64,000 nt of DNA from Clostridiales bacterium UBA3678 (GTDB lineage: Bacteria > Bacillota > Clostridia > TANB77 > CAG-508), in NCBI GenBank assembly GCA_002372935.1, contig DFJF01000006.1, positions 35,405-99,404 of the forward strand. The letters are read 5' to 3'. The position numbers and the translations under genes were made by a program. The notes below the pieces were generated by a model. The model saw nothing but the letters and a program-made list of their open reading frames with translations, did not search any database and was not told where the DNA came from. Shown piece after piece: positions 10,163 through 17,875 of the stretch (position 1 is the stretch's first letter; each line of letters begins with the position of its first letter).

Positions 10163-11422
10163 ATGGCAAAAAAAGTAGCTTTTTTAACATTAGGCTGTAA
10201 AACAAATCAATATGAAACAAATGGAATGATGCAGCAATTTTTAGATGCAGGATACGAAATATGTAATGCAGATGAAGAACCTGATATTTATATAGTAAAT
10301 ACATGTACAGTAACAAATATTGCAGATAGAAAATCAAGACAATCATTAAGAAAAGTGAAAAATAAAAAGGATACAATTGTTATAGCAGTTGGCTGTTATG
10401 CACAAGTTGCAAAAGATACATTACAAAATATGCCAGAAATTGACATTATTTTAGGAAACAAAGAAAAGAAAAATATTATAAAATATATAGAAGACTATGA
10501 AATAAGCAGAAATAAAATAGTTGATGTTGCAAACATCAATATGCAACAAGATTTTGATGAATATGGATGTATTACATATACAGAAAAAGCAAGAACAACA
10601 ATTAAAATTCAAGATGGATGCAATAATTTTTGCTCATATTGCTTAATTCCTTATGCAAGAGGCAGAGTTAGAAGTAGAAATAAAGAAAACATCTTAGAAG
10701 AGGCAAGAAAAATTGCAAATAAAGGAATAAAAGAAATAGTTTTAACAGGAATTCACATTGCATCATATGGAAAAGACTTTAATGAAGAATATGAATTAGT
10801 AGACTTATTAGAAGATTTAAATAAAATTGAAGGTATAGAAAGAATTAGATTAGGGTCACTTGAACCAACAATTATCACAGAAGAGTTTGTGGAAAGGCTT
10901 ACAAAATTAGACAAAATTTGCAATCATTTTCATCTATCTTTACAAAGTGGATGTGATGAAACTTTAAAAAGAATGAATAGAAAATATACAACTAAAGAAT
11001 TTAGAGAAGTTGTAAAAAGATTAAGAGATAATATAAAAGATGTAAATTTAACAACAGATATAATAGTTGGATTTCCAGGAGAAACAGAAGAAGAATTCAA
11101 TACAACTTATGAATTTTTAAAAGAAATAAAATTTTACAAAATGCACATATTTAAATATTCAAAAAGAGATGGAACAATCGCAGCAACAATGCCAAATCAA
11201 ATAGATGGAAATATAGCAGAACAAAGAAGTAAAAAGCTTATAGAGTTATCAGAAAGAAACCAGAAAGAATATGAAAAAAAATATGCAGGTAAGGAAGTTG
11301 AAGTTCTATTCGAAGAAAAACAAGGAGAATATTGGGTTGGACATACAACAAATTATATGCTAGTAAAATATAAATCAAATCAAAATCTCGAAAATAAAAT
11401 TTTAAGTTGCACTTTCAAATAG
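10163..11422 (+). CDS. mtaB: Radical SAM methylthiotransferase, MtaB (YqeV)-like
   Basis: UPF0004 N-terminal domain (FLTLGCKTNQYE), CNNFCSYCLIPYARG radical-SAM cluster motif and a TRAM-like C-terminus. Confidence 0.85.
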   Translation: MAKKVAFLTLGCKTNQYETNGMMQQFLDAGYEICNADEEPDIYIVNTCTVTNIADRKSRQSLRKVKNKKDTIVIAVGCYAQVAKDTLQNMPEIDIILGNKEKKNIIKYIEDYEISRNKIVDVANINMQQDFDEYGCITYTEKARTTIKIQDGCNNFCSYCLIPYARGRVRSRNKENILEEARKIANKGIKEIVLTGIHIASYGKDFNEEYELVDLLEDLNKIEGIERIRLGSLEPTIITEEFVERLTKLDKICNHFHLSLQSGCDETLKRMNRKYTTKEFREVVKRLRDNIKDVNLTTDIIVGFPGETEEEFNTTYEFLKEIKFYKMHIFKYSKRDGTIAATMPNQIDGNIAEQRSKKLIELSERNQKEYEKKYAGKEVEVLFEEKQGEYWVGHTTNYMLVKYKSNQNLENKILSCTFK

Positions 11423-11526
11423 GGACGGTTCTCTTTAAAAAGGGGACGGTTCTTTTTTTAAAAAGAACCGTCCCCTTTCAAAAAAGAACCGTCCCCTTTT
11501 TAAAAAGAACCGTCCCCTTTTGAAAG
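11421..11526. repeat. 21-bp repeat family, site B: 2 forward plus 3 reverse units (large palindrome)
   Basis: agggacggttc and aggggacggttc, then agaaccgtcccc three times. The element overlaps the mtaB stop codon (tttcaaaTAGggacgg). Confidence 0.9.
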
Positions 11527-11636
11527 ACAGGAGCACAACTCCTGCCTTTATGTATTACTAAAATAAAGTAATCCTATAAAACCAAGAATAATACCCCTGT
11601 CAATTATTAAGTTATAACATATCGTATCAAAGTAAC

Positions 11637-11843
11637 TTATTTGTTTGCCATGTTATTTTCAACTTGTTGGATCATTTTTTTAACCATGTTACCACCGATT
11701 CTTCCTGCATCTCTTGAAGATATATCACCATTGTAACCATCTTTTAAATTTACACCAACTTCACTAGCTACTTCGTATTTGAATTTATCTAAAGCAGACA
11801 TAGCTTCTGGAACTAATTTTTTATTTGTATTAGTATTTGCCAT
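11637..11843 (-). CDS. Small acid-soluble spore protein, alpha/beta type
   Basis: KLVPEAMSALDKFKYEVASEVGV...SRDAGRIGGNMVKKMI is the classic SASP signature. GGAGGTG RBS. Confidence 0.92.
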   Translation of the reverse strand: MANTNTNKKLVPEAMSALDKFKYEVASEVGVNLKDGYNGDISSRDAGRIGGNMVKKMIQQVENNMANK

Positions 11844-12167
11844 TTTGAATTCACCTCCTGTTAATATTAATTAACATCAAAAAAACATTTTGTTTTTTCT
11901 AAACTTATGATGTGCAATTAATAAGAATTTAAACAGGAAATTTTCGGAAATTGCTTTTCATATTGAAAAAGAATCTTTTTAAAAGTAGAAAAATTAATTT
12001 TAAAAACTATAGAATAATTTTCAAAATCAAAAATTTTTTTAAAACCATTGTAAAAAATCAAAAAAAAATATATAATATACAAGCAAACAAAAAGGAAAAA
12101 ACAAAAATAAATAGACATAAAAAGAATAAAGATACGCAAAAAGATAAAAGTTGAAAGGGTTGTTAAA

Positions 12168-13046
12168 ATGTACAAATTACTCGCAATTGATTTAGATGGA
12201 ACGATGTTAAATACTTATGGAGAAGTAAGTGAAAAAACAAAAAGAGTTTTAGAAGAGGCAAATAAAATCGGAGCAGAAGTGGTAATTTCTTCTGGGAGAA
12301 CAATAGATTCTATAAGAAATATAGCTGAAGAAGTTTCTGCAACTAAATACACAATAGCTGGAAATGGTGCTCTTTTGTATGATCTTCAAAACAATAAAGT
12401 TATGTATGAAAAATATATATCAAAACAGAAAGCATTAAAAATCATAAAAATATGTGATGAAAATAGTATAATGTATAGTGTTTATACAGATAAAACAATT
12501 GTTGCACATTTTTTAAAATATAATATTTTATATTATTATAAAGAAAATATCAAAAAGCCACAAAGTAAGAAAACAAGTATTACATTAGTACAAGATATAT
12601 ATGATTATGTAAGAAATATGCAAGATGAAAATGTTATGAAAATCTTTATTTGTGATAAACATAAATCTATATTTAATTCAATTACAAAAAAGCTTAAAGG
12701 AAGTATAGAAGATATAGAAATTTTAGATGTATCACATATGTCAAGAAAGATTATTGTAAATGGAAGTAAAGAGGTGCCTTTGGAGTATTTTTATACAGAA
12801 ATTACAGAAAGTGATACAGATAAATGGAATGCTTTGGAATATTTATTAAAAAAATTAAATATTTCAAAAGATGAAGTTATTTCTATAGGTGATAATGTAA
12901 ATGACATAAAAATGGTAGAGAATGCAGGACTTGGAATTGCAATGAAAGGGAGTACTCCTAAGCTTATAAGTGTTGCAGATTATGTAACAGAAGAAGATAA
13001 TAATCATGATGGTGTTGCAAATGCTTTAGAAAAATATTTGCTATAA
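12168..13046 (+). CDS. Cof-type HAD-IIB phosphatase
   Basis: LLAIDLDGTML, SGR and GDNVNDIKMVENAG motifs. Confidence 0.8.
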   Translation: MYKLLAIDLDGTMLNTYGEVSEKTKRVLEEANKIGAEVVISSGRTIDSIRNIAEEVSATKYTIAGNGALLYDLQNNKVMYEKYISKQKALKIIKICDENSIMYSVYTDKTIVAHFLKYNILYYYKENIKKPQSKKTSITLVQDIYDYVRNMQDENVMKIFICDKHKSIFNSITKKLKGSIEDIEILDVSHMSRKIIVNGSKEVPLEYFYTEITESDTDKWNALEYLLKKLNISKDEVISIGDNVNDIKMVENAGLGIAMKGSTPKLISVADYVTEEDNNHDGVANALEKYLL

Positions 13047-13082
13047 TTTATTGTAGAAATAAACTATAGCAAATATAAAAAA

Positions 13083-14831
13083 TTATACATATAAAGTCTT
13101 ATTATTTTTGTAAATTACAAGTCCTGGTTTATTGCCTGGAATTTTTTTTACAAAACTGACTTCACAATAATCTACAGGTACATTAGAAGAATTTTTTGCT
13201 TTACTATGTAAAGCTGCAAGCTTTGCTACCTCATAAATTACATTGTCTGGAGTAATCTCATTTGGATGAGTTTTTAAAATAACATGACTTCCATGAATGT
13301 CTTTTGTATGAAACCAAATATCATGTTTATTTGCAAATTTATTTGTTAAGTAATCATTTTCTTTATTATTTCTTCCTACTAAAATAGTATAACCATCTAT
13401 TACAAATTTTAAAGGATTAAAATTAGCAAATTTATTTGAAGTCAATTGCTTTTTTGAATTTGACTTTTTCTTATAATTTTTATTCTTACCATTAGAAGAG
13501 GAAAAATACTTAGATTTAAATGATTTATTTTCAAAAATTGGATTATCTTCAATTTCATCATATATTTGTTTTATGTCATCAATATCTTTACAATTTTCTA
13601 TTTCATAAATTATACTTTCTATATAATCAATTTCTTCTGAAGTATCTATTTTCTGTTTTCCAACTATATCCAACGCATTTTTTAATTTGTTATATTTTTT
13701 AAAAAATCTTTTAGCATTATTTTGCGGAGAATATTTTTTATCAAGTGGAATTGTAATAGGTTTATTATTATCATAATAATTTTCTAAAGATATAGAACTT
13801 ACATTATAATTTGGTATTTTATACAAATTTGCAATTATCAATTCACCATATAATTTAAAAGTATCCATTTTTGAGCATTCATCAAGTTTATCATCAATAT
13901 TTTGCAAGCGTTTTTCATACTTTTTTAATGTTGATAAAATCAAATTAAGGATTGAATTTCTATAATTTTTAAATAATTCTAAAGATTCTTTTTCAAAATA
14001 AAAATCATCTAAAGAATAATTTAATTCAAAACCATTTTGAGAAGTTTTGTCTAAGCACTTTAATGCATAATCTTTTGGTAGATTATTTTTATACATTATA
14101 TCAATTGTAAGAGACTTAGAATAAAGCAATTTTGTTATTTCAGTATATATTTTATGAGCAAATAATTTAGAAGATTTATATTCATTGTCTTTTTGAAGAG
14201 AGATGTTTTTTACAATATAATTTAAATTGATTGCTCCAATACCTGCAAAATTATCTAAAATAGAATTTACTACATTTTCTGAATCGATATGTGAATAAAA
14301 TTCCTCAAAATTTTTCATTTCTAGGATATTATATTTATTTAAATTTGGTAACATATATTTAGCAGTGGGGTAGATGTCTCTTAAAGAATTTTCTTCAATA
14401 GAAGTATGTCTAATAGAATCTATAACAATATTGTTTTCATCAACTAAAATGATATTACTATGTTTTCCCATTAGCTCTATAATTAATGTTTTAAATATAG
14501 GTTTTTCTGGATTTTCTAAATTTTCAAGAACAAGAAATACAATTCTTTCAAGAGATTTTGTATATATGTTTTTTATTTTATAACCTAAAATATGTTTACG
14601 AAGTAGCATACAAAAATTTGGAGCAGTATTTGGATTTTTTACAACATGTTTTGTTAAATGTATTCTGTAATTATTTGAGATAGAAGCTAAAATAGAAATA
14701 TTTTGAAAATTTCCATAAAGTCCAAGTGTAATAGTATTTTTGTCTGGTTCATAAATTTTATCAATTTTATAATTTTTTAAATCTGATAACTCATCAACAA
14801 TTTTTTTGGTAACGATTCCATCAAATGCCAT
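13083..14831 (-). CDS. rqcH: NFACT-family ribosome quality control protein (FbpA/RqcH)
   Basis: MAFDGIVTKKIV... NFACT-N domain, coiled-coil middle, and a C-terminal DIWFHTKDIHGSHVILK NFACT-R (DUF814) domain. The start is set at the Met preceded by GAAAGGAAA. Confidence 0.85.
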   Translation of the reverse strand: MAFDGIVTKKIVDELSDLKNYKIDKIYEPDKNTITLGLYGNFQNISILASISNNYRIHLTKHVVKNPNTAPNFCMLLRKHILGYKIKNIYTKSLERIVFLVLENLENPEKPIFKTLIIELMGKHSNIILVDENNIVIDSIRHTSIEENSLRDIYPTAKYMLPNLNKYNILEMKNFEEFYSHIDSENVVNSILDNFAGIGAINLNYIVKNISLQKDNEYKSSKLFAHKIYTEITKLLYSKSLTIDIMYKNNLPKDYALKCLDKTSQNGFELNYSLDDFYFEKESLELFKNYRNSILNLILSTLKKYEKRLQNIDDKLDECSKMDTFKLYGELIIANLYKIPNYNVSSISLENYYDNNKPITIPLDKKYSPQNNAKRFFKKYNKLKNALDIVGKQKIDTSEEIDYIESIIYEIENCKDIDDIKQIYDEIEDNPIFENKSFKSKYFSSSNGKNKNYKKKSNSKKQLTSNKFANFNPLKFVIDGYTILVGRNNKENDYLTNKFANKHDIWFHTKDIHGSHVILKTHPNEITPDNVIYEVAKLAALHSKAKNSSNVPVDYCEVSFVKKIPGNKPGLVIYKNNKTLYV

Positions 14832-14976
14832 AAGAATTTCCTTTCTTTTGTTACGATTCACAGCTTTAAAGTTTAGATAGTCATGATACAAGAAAGAAGT
14901 TTTATTATTATTCGTAACACAATATATTCAAAATTTTTATATAATTATACCACATATGTCAATAGATAAAAATTAA

Positions 14977-15017
14977 ATATTACAAAAATATTACAAAAAT
15001 ATTACGCCAATATTAAA
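14977..15017 (+). promoter_or_regulatory. Four 11-bp-phased ATATTACA-like repeats upstream of the Tad-like locus
   Basis: ATATTACA at 14977 and 14988, ATATTACG at 14999 and ATATTAAA at 15010. The same arrangement is seen at 38332-38372. Confidence 0.6.
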
Positions 15018-15041
15018 TTTAACAAATAAAATAATTATTTG

Positions 15042-15070
15042 TTGATTTTAGAAAAAAAATGTTGTAAAAT
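15042..15070 (+). promoter_or_regulatory. Promoter of the Tad-like locus
   Basis: TTGATT-17-TAAAAT. The spacer ttagaaaaaaaatgttg is almost identical to the one at 38377-38405. Confidence 0.6.
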
Positions 15071-15106
15071 TAAATAGAATATAAAAATATCGAGGAGGAA
15101 TTCAAT

Positions 15107-16279
15107 ATGGCAACCAATCCAATGCAAAGAAAATCAAGAATATCATTTTTATTAGGAATGTTATTAATGCTGATAATAGCAGCATTAGTAATAGCATTAT
15201 TATATATGAAAATACAAGAGAAAGAAAAAGAAATAAAAACTTATCAGCAATCAACATTATATGCTTATGTTCTAAGCCAGGATGTTAAATCAGGACAAGC
15301 ATTAACACCAGAAATGTTTTCACTTCAACAAGTTTCTAAATCAGCAGTACCTGCAGATGCTTCAGGAAATATAACAACAATTTTAGAAGCATATAAATTA
15401 ACTGATAAAGAAGGAAGACAAATATATTTAAAGTCAGATGCTAGTGAAAATGCACAATATTATTACTATATGATAGGCAATAAAGAACATCAAATTTATA
15501 CAGAAGGAAATGTTTTAGCTACAGCTTTAAAAGCTGGAGATTCGGCTTATTTTTATGCTGGAGACAATAATACAGAAAGAACAGATGTAATAATTTCAGA
15601 AAATGCTGTAGTAGCAAAAGTAGATATGAATAAAAATACAATAATTACTAGAAACCTTATTTCAAGAGGGGGAGAAGCAACTACAAATGATTTAAGAAAG
15701 GCAGAATATAATGTTATAGATTTGCCAGTTGATTTAGCACCAGATGAATATGTAGATATAAGATTTACATTACCTACAGGAGAAGATTATATAGTTGCAT
15801 CTAAAAAGCAAGTTTCAATACCAGTAGTAGATGGCGTATATTCAACAGATACAATTCAAATGAAATTAAATGAGAGTGAAATTATGTGTATGTCATGTGC
15901 AATAGTAGAAAATTATAAAATACCAGGATCAAAATTATATGCAGTAAGATATTCAGATGCAGGAATACAAGATGCTGCAACTACAACATATATTCCAAGT
16001 ACATCAGTAGTTAATTTGATAAAAACTGATCCAAATGTTGTAAATAGTGCAATAAAAGCATTAAGAGAACCAAGAAAACCTGAAATAGACAATGCACTAA
16101 ATGCAAATAGTGAAGATGCTTCAGATAATATATCTGAAGGAAGTACAAATAGCAAAGAATCTGCAAAAGAGCAAAGAAAGTTGTATTTACAATCATTGCC
16201 TGCAACAACATCTTCAACAACAACATCTTCAGCAACTACATCAGCAACTACATCAGCAACAACATCAACATCAAATTAA
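15107..16279 (+). CDS. CpaB/RcpC-like pilus assembly protein (N-terminal TM, SAF-like domain, Thr/Ser-rich tail)
   Basis: TM segment ISFLLGMLLMLIIAALVIALLY, then a SAF-like YAYVLSQDVKSGQALTPEMFSLQQVSKSAVPADA. The C-terminus is TTSSTTTSSATTSATTSATTSTSN. Confidence 0.55.
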   Translation: MATNPMQRKSRISFLLGMLLMLIIAALVIALLYMKIQEKEKEIKTYQQSTLYAYVLSQDVKSGQALTPEMFSLQQVSKSAVPADASGNITTILEAYKLTDKEGRQIYLKSDASENAQYYYYMIGNKEHQIYTEGNVLATALKAGDSAYFYAGDNNTERTDVIISENAVVAKVDMNKNTIITRNLISRGGEATTNDLRKAEYNVIDLPVDLAPDEYVDIRFTLPTGEDYIVASKKQVSIPVVDGVYSTDTIQMKLNESEIMCMSCAIVENYKIPGSKLYAVRYSDAGIQDAATTTYIPSTSVVNLIKTDPNVVNSAIKALREPRKPEIDNALNANSEDASDNISEGSTNSKESAKEQRKLYLQSLPATTSSTTTSSATTSATTSATTSTSN

Positions 16280-16300
16280 TGTTTAAGAAGGGATTTATCT

Positions 16301-16993
16301 ATGAAAAAAATAGGATTTATAGGCGGAGCGGACAAAACAAATTTAATAATGTATATTGCCAAAGTTCTAGAAGATTTAAATAAAAAGGTAATAGTAGCTG
16401 ATACTACATTAATGCAAAAAACTAAATATGTAGTACCAACATTAGATCCTACAAAATCATATATTACAGATTACCAAAATGTAGATTATGCAATTGGATT
16501 TGAAAGCATAAGTGATATAGGACAATATCTAGGTGTGAAAAATACAAATTCAACAGAAACTTGGCCATATGATTATATGATTATTGATATAGATAGTGCA
16601 TCTGCAATAGAAAATTTTGAAATTGATGATGGTTTAGATAATTATTTTGTAACCACTTTTGATATATATTCTTTAAAAAGGGGAATGGAAATATTAAAAA
16701 ACCTTCCATCTACAATGACAATGTCTAAAATTTTAATGAATTACAACATAAAAAAAGATGATGAAGAATATCTATTGTATTTATCAGCAGACACAAAAGC
16801 AATTTGGAATGATTTTAGTCTATATATTCCAATACTAGATGAAAATGAGCAACTTATGGAAGAAAATCAAAGAGTATATAGACCAAGATTAAAAAAATTA
16901 ATTCCAGAATATCAAGATGGAATTATATATATTGTTCAAAATATCATTAAAGAACAGAGTGTAAGTAGAATAAGAAAGATGATTAAGGAGTAG
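16301..16993 (+). CDS. ParA/MinD-fold protein with a deviant P-loop (TadZ/CpaE-like position)
   Basis: KKIGFIGGADKTN lies where a KGGxGKT P-loop is expected. DYMIIDID is Walker-B-like. Confidence 0.45.
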   Translation: MKKIGFIGGADKTNLIMYIAKVLEDLNKKVIVADTTLMQKTKYVVPTLDPTKSYITDYQNVDYAIGFESISDIGQYLGVKNTNSTETWPYDYMIIDIDSASAIENFEIDDGLDNYFVTTFDIYSLKRGMEILKNLPSTMTMSKILMNYNIKKDDEEYLLYLSADTKAIWNDFSLYIPILDENEQLMEENQRVYRPRLKKLIPEYQDGIIYIVQNIIKEQSVSRIRKMIKE

Positions 16994-16995
16994 AG

Positions 16996-17850
16996 GTGAA
17001 AAAAATGGCTGTAATTACATTTTATACAAGTTGTGAAGATCAAACAGGAAATACTACTTCAGCATTAGCTCTTGCAACATATTTAGGAATAGTACAGAAT
17101 AAAAAAATATTATATATTTCTACTGCCTTTAATGATAATACAATAAGAAATGCAATGTGGGAAAAAAGAGTAATAAGAAGATCTGGACTATTTGGTCCAA
17201 ACACAGCTAATGATGCTATGAATGATAATGGTATTGAAGGACTTGACAGAATAATTAGAAGTAATAGAATTTCTTCAAGTATAGTAACAGATTATACAAG
17301 AGTAGCATTAACAGGAAGATTAGAATTTTTGCTTGGATACAAAGGAGAAATTAAGCAATATAAAGAAATACAAAATCAGTATTCACAAATAGTTGCTATT
17401 TCTGCACAGTATTATGATAATGTTATAGTTGATATAGATAGAGGTTTGGAGGAAAAAAACAAAATAGAAATTTTAAATATTTCTGATATAGTTATAGCTA
17501 TGACAACTCAAAAGTTAGAAAATATTAATAAATTAGCTGAATCTATTGAAAATGGCAATATATTAAAAGATACAAATACATTAATTACTATAGGAAACTA
17601 TGATTATAATTCTAAATATAATGCTAAAAACATATCAAGATCATATTTAAAAAGAAAAAAAATAATAAACACAATTCCACATAATACCTTATTATTAGAA
17701 GCAGAACAAGAGGGGCAAGTTATAGATTTATTTATTAAATTACTAGGTTTAAAGGGAAAAGATGAAAATACTTTCTTTTTAGATGAAATAAAAAGATTAA
17801 GTACATCTATAGAAGATACATATATGATGATTCAAAAAATGAGAAGATAA
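16996..17850 (+). CDS. Second ParA/MinD-fold protein with a deviant P-loop
   Basis: MAVITFYTSCEDQTGNTTSALALA (Lys replaced by Asn in the GK[ST] position), YDNVIVDIDRG, and an SDIVIAMTTQ pattern. Confidence 0.45.
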   Translation: MKKMAVITFYTSCEDQTGNTTSALALATYLGIVQNKKILYISTAFNDNTIRNAMWEKRVIRRSGLFGPNTANDAMNDNGIEGLDRIIRSNRISSSIVTDYTRVALTGRLEFLLGYKGEIKQYKEIQNQYSQIVAISAQYYDNVIVDIDRGLEEKNKIEILNISDIVIAMTTQKLENINKLAESIENGNILKDTNTLITIGNYDYNSKYNAKNISRSYLKRKKIINTIPHNTLLLEAEQEGQVIDLFIKLLGLKGKDENTFFLDEIKRLSTSIEDTYMMIQKMRR

Positions 17851-17875
17851 AAAAATATTGAAAGGAAGTTCGGAA

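Noticed and set aside
11844-11930. A forespore (sigma-G type) promoter upstream of the SASP gene
   Set aside because: It is expected biologically, but I could not find a convincing GHATR-17/18-CATxxTA match by eye, so it is not annotated.
11918-12175. Overlapping 85-aa (minus) and 67-aa (plus) ORFs in the SASP-HAD intergenic region
   Set aside because: These are extremely AT-rich, low-complexity K/I/F/N translations on both strands with no SD. They are typical spurious ORFs in promoter DNA.
16101-16286. A Gln/His-rich alternative-frame ORF over the CpaB-like tail, and a similar ORF at 41114-41380
   Set aside because: These are alternative-frame readings of low-complexity Thr/Ser-coding repeats inside well-supported genes.
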